This document shows, in pieces, positions 24,076-35,685 of a stretch of 64,000 nt of DNA (position 1 is the stretch's first letter; each line of letters begins with the position of its first letter). The notes beneath the pieces were generated by a model that saw only the letters and a program-made list of their open reading frames with translations, made no database searches and was not told the origin of the DNA. Source of the stretch: Botryllus schlosseri (Eukaryota); contig CM119371.1 of assembly GCA_051294905.1 (NCBI GenBank), positions 41,108,001 to 41,172,000 on the forward strand, read 5' to 3'. Position numbers and translations under genes: made by a program.

Positions 24076-25455
24076 ATGGATGTGCGTGCTGACACCCCAA
24101 ATCATAAATGTGATATATGCGAGAAACTATTTGCTCGTAAGGATAGCCTCAAGCGTCATATGGATATACATGCTGGCATCAAGAACTATAAATGTTATAC
24201 ATGCGGGAAAGAAAGTACTTCAAAGAATGGCCACAAGCGTCATATGAATGTGCATGCTGGCGTCAAAAAACACAATTGTGATATTTGTGGTAGAAAATTC
24301 AGCCAGAAAGGTACCCTCAAACTTCATATGGATATGCATGCTGGCGTTCAAAGGCTTGAATGCGAAATTTGTGGGAAGGGATTTCGTCGAAGAAGTAATT
24401 TCCGTCTTCACATGGATATGCATGCTGGCATCAAAAACCATGAATGTGAAATTTGTGGAAGAAGATATTGTAGAAAAGTTGACTTGACCCACCATATGGA
24501 TATGCATTTAGGCGTTAAAAATCATAAATGTGATATATGTGGGAAAGCATTCACCTGGAAACATGAACTCAAGCTTCATCTGGATATGCACGCTGGTGGT
24601 AAAAACTATAAATGCGATATATGTGATAAAGAATTCAGGCACAAAAGTACACTGAAGATTCACATAGATATCCATGGTGGCATCGAAAACTATAAATGTA
24701 TTATATGTGAGAAAGTATTTACTGGAAAGAGCAGCCTCAAGCAGCATATGGATATGCATGCTGGAATCAGAAACTATGAATGTGATATTTGTGGGAAGGA
24801 ATATATTCAAAAAAGTAAACTCACGGTTCATATGAATATACATGCTGGCGTCAAAAATCACGAATGTAATATTTGTGGCATGACATTTACTTCAAAGGGG
24901 TGTCTCAAGAATCACATGACTATACATAATGTCTTCAAAAACTATGAATGTGAAATTTGTGGGAAGGAATTAAGTTACAAATCAACACTTAAGCTTCATA
25001 TGGATAGACATGCGGGCACAAAAAATTGTAAATGTGATGTTTGTGGAAAAGAATTTATTTACAAATGTAAACTCAAGTGTCATATGGATATGCATGCCGG
25101 CATCAAAAATCATAAATGTGAGTTATGTGGTAAAGCATTTACCTTGAAAAGCAACCTCTGGGTTCATATTGATACTCATAAAGACGTCAAAAACCACGAA
25201 TGTGATATTTGTGGGAAAGAATTTGTTCAAAAGACAGCACTAAAGCTTCACATGAATATTCATCTGAGCTTGAAAAACCATAAATGTGATGTTTGTGGGA
25301 AGGAATTTATTCAAAAAAGCAAACTTGAGTGTCATATTGATATGCATGCTGGCATCAAAAATTATAAATGTGAGTTATGTGGGAAAGGATTGCTGACTAA
25401 GCGTAATCTCGAGCGTCATATAAATGCATGCTGGGATAAAAAATCACGAATGTGA
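24076..25455 (+). CDS. Poly-C2H2 zinc-finger protein, 15 complete fingers plus a frameshift-terminated 16th
   Basis: 28-aa tandem repeats with HAGIKN(H/Y) linkers; an out-of-frame MHAGIKNHECDLC continues past the end. Confidence 0.9.
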   Translation: MDVRADTPNHKCDICEKLFARKDSLKRHMDIHAGIKNYKCYTCGKESTSKNGHKRHMNVHAGVKKHNCDICGRKFSQKGTLKLHMDMHAGVQRLECEICGKGFRRRSNFRLHMDMHAGIKNHECEICGRRYCRKVDLTHHMDMHLGVKNHKCDICGKAFTWKHELKLHLDMHAGGKNYKCDICDKEFRHKSTLKIHIDIHGGIENYKCIICEKVFTGKSSLKQHMDMHAGIRNYECDICGKEYIQKSKLTVHMNIHAGVKNHECNICGMTFTSKGCLKNHMTIHNVFKNYECEICGKELSYKSTLKLHMDRHAGTKNCKCDVCGKEFIYKCKLKCHMDMHAGIKNHKCELCGKAFTLKSNLWVHIDTHKDVKNHECDICGKEFVQKTALKLHMNIHLSLKNHKCDVCGKEFIQKSKLECHIDMHAGIKNYKCELCGKGLLTKRNLERHINACWDKKSRM

Positions 25456-27528
25456 TCTTTGTGCGATTTTGTACTTTCAACACACGTCCATTACCCCTTA
25501 CGTTAGAAATCATGCACTCTTCTGGCTGTGCGGAAAGGCATGGTAAGCACCGGTAAATTATGTGTATTCCTTGCTACCGCCTGTCGTAGTTCTATTGTTC
25601 TGCTCCAAGTTTTTGGCGAAACGGATATTCTCAACCTATCAATCCAGTTGTATTTCTAATACTATAGTAATATAGTGAGGGATAGAACAAAATGATTTCT
25701 CTAGCTGCCATTGACGTAAACACGGATGTAGAATCAGAAAACCCTCTACTTCTTCTTCAAACTGTACTCTGCCCCCTTTTACAAAACCCTATTGTTTTCT
25801 GGAAGAGAATAATCTGCTTATCCCTTATTCTGAATGCATTCGCATATGGCCCCATTGATGTTGCACAATGTACACTGTCTTGACGACCTAATCTTTAAAA
25901 TCAACAATAATCATACTAGAATATGCCTACACAATCAGTAATGAACAGTGTATCGAAAGTTGTTTGTGATTCGCTTCCCTGCTTTGTGAGTAAGTCATTA
26001 TTGACATATCTGTACTGAATTGAAAAAGTCCATTTGAATCCATATTTTAATATGCCGTAATTGGCATATGTTGATGCGTATCGAGATCGTTAAAACAAGA
26101 TAATCTGATCCCTAATTTGGCATTTGTACATAGATTTTACCCAATTAATCTACTAGAATTCAGAACATTTTCTGTTTTTAGAATATCACTCCTCTCCACC
26201 CTTGTGGTTTATCTCTTGGCCGGCTACATCTAAATTTGAATAATTCGAGTCCAAAGCTTGCAGTTTGCACATTGTGCAATCACAAGTAAGCCTGCATACC
26301 ATGAATTGCATATTCTCGAACTGTGATTATGAGCCAGGTTTCTATTGCAACATTCATTTTCTTGTTAGGTATTGAAGTCGTGTAAATAAACTTACCGTAC
26401 TCTGGTACATATGTAAATTTGACGGCTTTGTCTTTGAGAAATCGCTTCGAAGTTCACAAGCCTGCTGTCTATCGACTGCCCAATATAATACATAACTCAC
26501 TGATGTGAACTTACGCGGACACGACTAGATTAAAACTACACAGCTGACCAATTTGAGATAGATTCAGTTGTGATCTAAATCCCATGAAAGCCCACAGTAA
26601 AACGTTCCACGACTGTTGGTTTTTGCGGTATATGTATATTTTAAAAATTTCTTTCGGGATGAAATGATACTTGCGACATGTTTTGCAAAGAGCCCGTGAG
26701 CATTGAGCAACACCGATTGGATTGAACATTTCAAGACACATACCGATAACGACAGTGAAATAATCATGTGATCTATTCACACATAGTGCCGAATAGTTTA
26801 AGTATAAAGTTAGTTGCATGAACAATCGAAAAAAACTTGGTAATAATTACATGATAAATCTAAAAAGTGTCAAAAGGTTCCATGAAAATATGGAGAAAGT
26901 TTGCAATATCAGCTTAAAACACCATACTGCATAACTTCTGAGTACTTAGGAAGCTGTAAAAACAGTTGTAAAAGTTACAAAAATTTGCCCTAGTTATGAA
27001 GCAAGCCTACTTTATATGACCACTCGAGTAGGTTTGCTACTTAGCATTAGCCGGTAATATGAAATCGTCATAACGGCCTGGTAGTGTAAGCTCCTGTATG
27101 TACCATTGATCATTCTATATGAGTCATGAAGATACATGTAGTGATTTTGTAGTGCTTGTCCCTACATTTTTTGAGATAAATGCTGAGGTATTCCCCTCCT
27201 GTTTTGTTTTGTCAAGAAGTTTTGGTATGTTCTGGAAATGCTAGTCCTACTGCGACGTTTATATTTTCATCATGTCTGCAGCAACATATATTTCGTTTTA
27301 TGATGTTGTTATTATTATTATAGGGGGTTAATATAGTGTCTGACCTTTATGTTGATTATTTAATGTCGAAACTATATTCCTGTACCTGTGATAGATTCAT
27401 TGAAATGTTCACTTTGTTTGCAGGCTACGTAATCAATTACTGTAATCTTGTTGTAGATGAGAGTGATTGAATATTGGCTACTGGTCACAGGCTTCATCTA
27501 CGACAATTGTTTTAAAAAAACGTGAAGC

Positions 27529-27894
27529 ATGAGTCACCTTCATCGTAGCATGCAGCCGACGGAATGCCCGATATGTGGGAAGAGTATATCTACAAAAGCA
27601 AACTTGAAACGGCATGTGCTCGGACATTACGGAGCGAAAAAGTACGATTGCTCTATTTGTGGTCGTACGTTTACCGCAAAAACAAGTTTGGATTATCACA
27701 TGAATGGTCACAGAAGACTTTCGGATAGACAGACGTACGAATGTGAGGTGTGCGGAAAATCTCTGCGCTCGAAGCGCGGCATACACTTACATATGAAGGT
27801 TCACTTGGGTATGAAAGACTACAAATGTGATATATGTGGTAATGAGTTCATTGTCAAGACTGATTTGCATAAACACATGGACACGCACAGCTGA
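27529..27894 (+). CDS. 4-finger C2H2 zinc-finger protein (intact paralog of 11922/17330)
   Basis: Four complete fingers; flanks ~27000-28430 are homologous to ~11420-12830. Confidence 0.85.
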   Translation: MSHLHRSMQPTECPICGKSISTKANLKRHVLGHYGAKKYDCSICGRTFTAKTSLDYHMNGHRRLSDRQTYECEVCGKSLRSKRGIHLHMKVHLGMKDYKCDICGNEFIVKTDLHKHMDTHS

Positions 27895-28686
27895 TAACAC
27901 TCGTGAATGATCAGGATCTGGAATTGGTTTAGATCTCGTAACGGGACGTGTTGAAATTAATCTCTAGCGGAATATGCAACTCCGATTGTAAAATGGTGCT
28001 ACGGCTGCTTTCTTTCTGACATTGAATACAGGATTTTCCTTGCTGACAATCGTGTTTTTGTTTCACTGACACAAAACGGTAAACCCGTGCCTTTTAGAAT
28101 CATATCCTAATCTGAAAGTCACGCCGACGATGTGTGTACTCGTTTTTGCTTTTTGTGTTGATTTTCAGTGCTAATCCCACGCGAGCGGCAATGTATGATG
28201 AGTATAGGTCATTTTAAACCGTCTCTTCTTGATTTGTGCATCTTTTCTGTCGAACGAACTGGTTTCTGTTATTGATCTTATTTTCTGCCGACATTAGTAA
28301 TATAAATATATTTTCTGTATAAAACGAAGGCTGCCTTCGATCATGACCCTCTCAGCTCCAACAATGTCTGAAGTGTTTTCATTGCGGGAATGGTGATTCT
28401 TGCATCCTCTGAGCTGCACGCCGACGCGGCGCAGGAGAGAGGGGGCCCAGATTAAGAATTTCAGGATAACGTAAAGTATAAATAAAACATCGTAAAAGAA
28501 CTGTGGCATCGGGCAACTATGTCGAGGTGGCTTCCAGTTCATTACATCGCATTGCAGATTGTGTGCGTCTTGTTCTGATGAAACGATTATTGAGATGAAA
28601 GCTGCATAGACTTAGCGGGCGATATATGAAGTGCGCTGAAGACAAGGGGTATAACAGTTCTAGTATGTCTAAAGCAGAACAATAAT

Positions 28687-28860
28687 CAGGGGAGTAGTGG
28701 TTACAAACGCTGCTAGCCAGTAGCCACGCTCGAGTTCAAATCACGCCGGTAGCCGAAGCGTCGGAGGTTCATCTGATCTCCAATTACCCTATGTCGTCGC
28801 TCTTATGTCTCGCTGTTGGGGGTTTCTTTTGGCTCCTCTAGACCGCATCGCAGCTGCTGC
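28687..28860 (+). mobile_element. Possible tRNA-derived SINE relic
   Basis: A-box-like GGAGTAGTGGTT and B-box-like GAGTTCAAATC at tRNA-like spacing; no cloverleaf or TSD seen. Confidence 0.3.
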
Positions 28861-31800
28861 GGCTACAGAAAAGCACAGAGAAAAACCAGATCAACAACGC
28901 ACTCAAAAATAAAGCTAGTAGACAGAGCAAGGAAGAGCGTGTAAAATGTACCGCCGAATTAAGATTAACATCGAAAAACTGATATCGCTCGGGCACTAGA
29001 TCGAGATGGATGCCAGATTAAGAGGCCGTAACTGGTCTTTTTAGCAACCTCGTATCTGTTCATTACACCGTGACAGATGCCAGATTAAACACCGCAGCTG
29101 GTCCATCATCCATCAACCATTTTTTTTCTATATATCACTGAGTTCTTGTTTCAAATTTACTCTTAACAAAATTAATGAAACCTCTTAACGTTTTATCGCG
29201 TTTCCCTAAATACACCGGCGATGTGCATTATTTTCCCTCATATGGAGTAGTCATCGGGCGCGATGCAGGCGCAATATATTTCTAATATAGTCATTAAGCC
29301 AAGTCGAAATTCGGAAAGACCGACCAGTCCTGGACTTCTACCCCATCTTCTACGTACACCAGCATAATTGCGGGGCCAGACCATAAAAAGTCGCCGGAAG
29401 AATAAAAAGCCGAAAACCACTGTTGTACAGGTTGGGTCAGTAGGTTAGTGGTTACCTGTAATTTGATATATCACTCATGGGCGTGGTAGTGGTGTGTCCG
29501 CACCGGCTCGCTGCCCCGCGGCACTTGCAAAGTCACTCCTTAACTGCGCGCCACGTGCCGTGACTAGCGATAGCACTAGCAGCGAAACTCATGTGAGAGT
29601 ATGTTCGGAAATTGTCAGTCAGTACAAGTCAGGATCATCAATGCAGTTCCGTAGTATATGGTATATGTTTTGCGTTCGAATAACAGTAGAGTCCTGCAGG
29701 ATTCGAGCGATCACTATAATTACTGACTCTCGTTTATATGAGAAGAGAATAGTGCAGCAACGGGGCCCCGATTTACGTTAGATGCAACCTGTGATATATC
29801 TACGTGAATATCTACGATATTCTACGAGATAGAATAATCAACATTATCATATAGATTGGCTATCTATAGCAATAGCCCAGTACTTTCGAAGTATAATATA
29901 CGATTCAATCTTTTGACAGACAGAATGTATCGTTGGGTCTGGTCTACAATCTGCTCTGCATGCCACAGTGACCCACTAACGCTGAAAAGCGGAAATGACC
30001 CCTAGTAAGCGGGAAATGCATATTTCTTGAGTGCAGAATAAACGGAAAGCAGAATAGTTAATCGTTGACTTTCTAGAACCCCTGGGTCTGTTCCGCATTC
30101 TTATTCACAACAACATTACCATCACAAATCACCTCTCCCCGTGGACATGTTATAGAACGCTTGTCGTGTCCAATAGCCTGTGAGTGTGTGGGTATAAAGC
30201 GAGTCCGTTGTTTACGGATGGCGACTTACAAAAATACTCAACTGCGGCCGTATAGCTGATACGAACGTCCTAACGAATGAGTTATTGACTAGCAGTTCAA
30301 CAGACGACCTTTGGCATTTTCCAGATATAGGCTACTGTACGGATAAATCAACAGTAGGTATTGTGTTATAAGTCTGATATCCGAAAGAAATCCAATGTAC
30401 GATATGCACTTGGTTTTATACCAACGACGAATACAAGTCACGGGATGTAGTAATATTCCATAACGGATAAGAGAGGGAAAGTATGGCGCTGCAATGTCAA
30501 AGTGTATGGCGTTTGTAATTGGTTTAAAAAGCAGGGGGGCAGCCTGCGGCCGTCATACCGTCGTAGATAAAAATTTGGGCGGCCGTGACACGGAAATGCA
30601 CAGCAGGAGAAAATGATGCGCCCCATATAGAAATACCAACTTGGAATCGTCTGCTTCTCAAAAAAAATAGATTTGATTCTGGTACGTGACTGATAATAAT
30701 TGGTCGCACCCTAAGATGCATGATCATGCATAACTTGCCCTAAATTTCCGAACACACTACCTCCATCAACTTCGCCAGTGAATCTGTAACATGGGCTGAT
30801 GAACGATAAATACTTGATTGTAATATGGCACTAATAATAATGACAAAATTCATTTGTGAATCTGAAAAAAATTTCGCGCTTTACGCGATAAATATACGTA
30901 GACCAGTCATTTTAAAAACATGGCCACTCGCGATTGCGGTGCGTATCTAGTAACCGATTTGGGAAAGTAGATTAGTCCGGAGTTCACCGGAAATGGACAT
31001 GGCAGTTTAACATGGGTATTTGGCGCCAAGTTAGTTCATTACGGCTTATGCAGTGGAATTGTCCGCCTCTGGTTTAGAGTTAGTATATCGTAGGAACAGT
31101 CATTACCGCTAACCTCGAATCCTATGATACCTAAACCAATTGCAATCTTAATAAATTGTGACGTGTTCGTGGGCAAGCCGGATTGGTTATGGTTATCTGT
31201 TTGGATGAGAAAATTGACTAGCTTTTAGTTGAAAACGGGGAAACGGTGGAAGAGTTAAAAACGATCATTCATAAATGAGTGCTTGCTTTGCGGGGCAAAC
31301 GTACCATGTGGAGCGCAGCATATGAGCATGACCTGGACTTGGACAACTAAATAATTCTAGTTGTTTCATCAGACTAATTCGAATAGATGTCGCTAGTCTA
31401 ATCTAATTATAATCTGATCTGTGAAATATGTCCCTGCTCTAGTTCTAATTTTAATCTAAGTTCCGAATTTCCTGACCAGGCTACAGGAGATCTGTACATT
31501 ACGAATGCGAAATGAACCAAGCTTTATGGACTTAGACATAGGCTATCCTCGTGTTTACGACAATGAACTCTGATTTGATAAGTGCAGAACTTGAATTATG
31601 CTGTGTTTCTTTTTAATTCATAATGTGATCCGATTCCAAGCTATTACGAATTCTAATTCCAATGTAAACTCCACCGGCTTGTTGCCCTGCGGCACTTGCA
31701 AATCACTCTAGTCTACAATGCGTGACATGAGTTGTGACTCGTTATCGCATTAACACCGAGACTGGTGTGAGAGTATTATGAGAAATTGTCAGTCAGTACA

Positions 31801-32456
31801 AGCCAGGCAAGCAGAGTAATTAATCTGGGAAGACGTGGAGATTCTCAGATTGACTTCCAATATTCGCAAACCATAATAATCGGAAGAGGGGGTCTTTATG
31901 TTTTCATCCAACCAAAATACATAACAAGCAGACGACAATTAAGGTGGTACAGAAAATATGCATGCACAATTGCGCATGCACAGTATTCAGTATCAGATAG
32001 GAATAATTCGATACGACATTGAACAGGGATGGCCAACCTTTTTGTCATTCACGGCCGCATTTCGACTACTTGGTAGCCTACGGTCGCATTCCAGGACATA
32101 GTCGTAATGAACTAGCTGGACGCCAAATGCCCGTGTTAGAGTGTCCATTTCTGGTGAACCCTAGATCAATATATTTAATCATCTAGGCTTGCTATACGCA
32201 CCCAAATCGCGAGAGTTCACTGATCATGTAATGCAGTGGTTCCCAACCTGTGGTACGCGTACCACTAGTGGTACGCAAGGGTCTTCCAGGTGGTACGCGA
32301 GTCAATTCTGTTTTTTTTTTCGATTAAAGGAAGTTATTAGTTCAGTTGGATTGATTTTGAATTTTTCGAATTTTATTGTTTAGTGGTGAAAAAACAATTC
32401 CATGCATCTCATCAACCCGGGCTGATAATGCCTAGTTTAATAGAATTTGTAATTAC

Positions 32457-33588
32457 TAGGGCGATTTTGCTTTATAAAATTGAGCGTTAAGTAGGCTTAC
32501 CATATTTTGAAAATGCAAAAAGAGGACACTTTTTCAGAAATTTGCAAGATACAAAACCGGAGTAGAATTCTCAAAAACCGGTGAATTTTTCCCACTTTGC
32601 GGTCGGTTGACTAAAAAAAAAAAAAAAAAAGGTCATCTTTTCGCTCAGAGCTAAATTCACCGTTTTTCACTCCGAGATATCCGCCGGACCGTCACTTCTG
32701 TGCTAATTTGCGGCATGTCAGACCTAAATTTTCAAAAAAGAGGACAAAATCTCAAAAAAGAGGACAAAAGGGCGTCCTCCGAGGACACTTTCAAAAAAGT
32801 CAAAAAAGAGGACAAATCCTCTTAAAAGAGGACGTATGGTAAGCCTAGCGTTAAGTCATAAAATTGTCAAAATTGTTTTTAAAGTCAAAATTTTTTGGAC
32901 CCCGCCATTTCGTTTGTATCATAGATTTGATATTTTCCAGCTTGTAGCACACTTTATAGGCCTACCGTTGTAGGCGGCCCATTGTCTGCTCCTCGTGGAT
33001 CATAAACTGTTAAACGAAACAAATAGGTTGACAATTGATATGGTGTTATGCTCAACGTACCGCAATATCCTAACTGAAGCAAGAATGCTTGACATTGTAT
33101 GGTTATTTTATCAAGAAGCGCATGATGAAAAATTGTGATGCATGATGACATTTACAGTGTGAAGCAACATGTTGTGTCACCAGCGGTGTACTCACAGCTT
33201 CAGTGTTGCCAGCCAACAACTACTGCTGTTAAACGGTATTTCTCCATTCTTGGCAAGCTACTTAGTAAGGACAAACACCCCGAGAATGTAGGAAAGTATC
33301 TTTCGTTGTACTACAACAAATTTTAATTAACTCTACCATAATACGTGGTGTAACTACTGGGCCAGATATAGATAAGATAAAAAAAATTCATGTCAAAATT
33401 TGTCAGTTTTTGGATCAAAAACGCTTTTTCGTAAGGACAGACAGTCCCTACCAGAAATAAATATAAGTAGTACAATTTTAACATTATGTGCGAAAACATC
33501 TAATTTGCGTACATGAAGTCAACATTTGGTCAAAATAAAGTTGTTTTAGGTCAAAATCCTTCGATTTTTAGGTCAAAGAATCGCCCTA
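32457..33588 (+). mobile_element. hAT deletion derivative with a transposase C-terminal relic, level 3 of stack 1
   Basis: TIR TAGGGCGATT / AATCGCCCTA; TSD GTAATTAC / GTTATTAC; 33135-33326 encodes LQCCQPTTTAVKRYFSILGKLL, resembling the hAT dimerization motif. Confidence 0.85.
32492..32847. mobile_element. 356-bp MITE with AAAAGAGGAC subterminal repeats, level 4 of stack 1
   Basis: TIR TAGGCTTACCATA / TATGGTAAGCCTA; perfect TSD GCGTTAAG; degenerate relatives near 36325-36714 and 51125-51508. Confidence 0.93.
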
Positions 33589-34994
33589 GTTATTACACCT
33601 CACATAGCTCAAATACGTGAGTATGACGTCATAAACGGTGAAAACATTTTGACCGCCTACGCCTACGGCGTGCGTAAATTATGTAGGTGGTACGCGAGCA
33701 CTGCATAAAACCTCGAAGTGGTACGTGGATGGAAAAAGGTTGGGAACCACTGATGTAATGGAACTGCTCATGATTTACTAATGAATTTCGTCATTAATAT
33801 TATTATTTTTACATATTACCATAAAACATTTCAGCCCATGTGATCAGATTCACCGGTAGAGTTGATGGAGGCGGTGTTTTCTAAAATTAAGAGCAAGTTA
33901 TGAATTATGATATATATATATATCGGCTTTCAATTAAATAAAAGGGCAAAAGAAAACAGGAAACAAAGGAACATCAAGATATCAGTTTTGGGCCCTTATC
34001 AATGAATTATGATGCATATTCGGGTCGGCCAATTGTTATTAGTCACTTTGTTGCATGCTGTTATTTCTCGACCTCCCGTCATGATTGTCGGTGTAGTGAG
34101 GAGTACACTATTCCGAGTGGGTATTTCTATATAGGGGACGCATCATTTTCCTCTACCTTTCGAATCTGTAATGTGGGGCTCTGATTGCAAAGGGCCTTAC
34201 TATAATCAAATCAAATCGAAAAATGAAGTCACATTGAATCGCGCACTGCGCGAAGAAAATTTCAAGATTAATAAAAATCTCTCAAGAAATCAGGAGTCAT
34301 TCGTAAATTCCACCTGCATTTCGGCGGCCGCCAACACATACCAATTGAATTACGTTTCCACGGCCGCACAAATTCCCTTTTACGGCCACACGTTGGCCAC
34401 CCCTGACCTTGACGGTCAACTAGTCTGATCATACCCGCATCAACCAGGTACACTTATCTCTATACAGTCTGACAGTAAGAAATGTTAGTTAAAGAGGAAA
34501 GGAAGGAAGATATATAAAATATACGGTGATAGCAAATGATCAATGAACCATGTCTGGGCAATGTTGGGCAACAGTGTCAATATGACGACAAGAGGTAGTT
34601 AAGTAGGCATATACACTTAAACCTTCATTCTCCGGTTTTGACATTTGTCAGCATTGACGCTCATGTAGAATTTCCACTGAACTACAAATAAAGATAGGTA
34701 GAGATTTCGTGACACGCCGAAAGTACTAGAGGTGTAGGGGTAATAAATGAATAGTCCAAAAAGTATTCGATTAAATTTGAAAAGTGGGCCTGTTCGAGGT
34801 GTCGCATACTTTAGTAGCAAAGCAGAGACAATTACTTTAAAAATCGCAAGTTGTTTCTTTGCCACAAGACAAAATGATCGATGACTCCGTAAACCGGTAG
34901 TCCTCGAGTCAAGTTGCAGTTTGCACAAATTAGTATTGCATTTTTTAAATGTAGGAAATGTCTTCATGAAAAGTATAAGTAGGTAAATAATTAA

Positions 34995-35080
34995 ATAGTG
35001 TATTCATGTAGAAATGAACCCGAATGTTTTCGGCTGACAGTCGTCAGGGGTAATCATCCGCAACTATAGTAGAGAGAGAA
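34995..35080 (-). mobile_element. Penelope pLTR relic with a hammerhead-like core
   Basis: Minus strand ACCC-CTGACGA-CTGTCAGCC-GAAA-ACATTC-GGGT; the stem II closing G is changed to C. Confidence 0.8.
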
Positions 35081-35513
35081 TTACACAAGGTACACAAGGC
35101 CAATAAAATAAAGATATGAATAAAAGACGGAGCGGACAGATGTATGGAATGAGTAAATTATAACAAGAAACCTAACAGTATAGCCCTGTGTAGGGTAGGG
35201 TTCTGGTTTAAATCAAGGTTTTCCCGTTGATTTTTTATTTCAATTTTACTATTTTGATTTTATTGATTTTTTTGTGTTTTTTTCTTCAAATTTTCGGACA
35301 AGATGCGTGAATGTGGTTTATTATCGGACAATCATGTGAATTTTATATAAGCGGGAGGTAGCATCTTGCCACTGGTACCGGTATAATTCATTTATTTGTC
35401 AGACAAACGGGAAAAGGGCAAAGAGCTATAGTCAATCAATATGTTAGCGTTGTGCTGTGGATACTAGTTAGCTGTCTGCGACATGCTGCTACTATTTCCG
35501 AGGCACTTGTGGG

Positions 35514-35685
35514 CAATGTTCCCTCTAAGTTGCGTACGTTCGCAAATGCGCAGTGCTGACAAGGTCTCTGCGCACAGAAAATCCAAGTTGCGCACAAAAA
35601 AATCCGAAGTGATGACCTTTTTTTATTCGTTACGCACTGTTGTCCAAGGGTCTATGCAGTGAGTTGGTGAGTCTGGGCAGATGCT
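35514..35685. mobile_element. Partial CAATGTTCCCTCTAAG-family MITE
   Basis: Reverse-complement match to 43320-43504. Confidence 0.75.

Larger units (their letters stand above)
32234..33752. mobile_element. hAT MITE (CAGTGGTTCCCAACC family), level 2 of stack 1
   Basis: TIR CAGTGGTTCCCAACCT / AGGTTGGGAACCACTG; perfect TSD ATGTAATG. Confidence 0.92.
32024..34405. mobile_element. Outer hAT-like element of nested stack 1
   Basis: TIR CAGGGATGGCCAAC / GTTGGCCACCCCTG (13/14); degenerate TSD ACATTGAA / ACCTTGAC. Confidence 0.7.
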
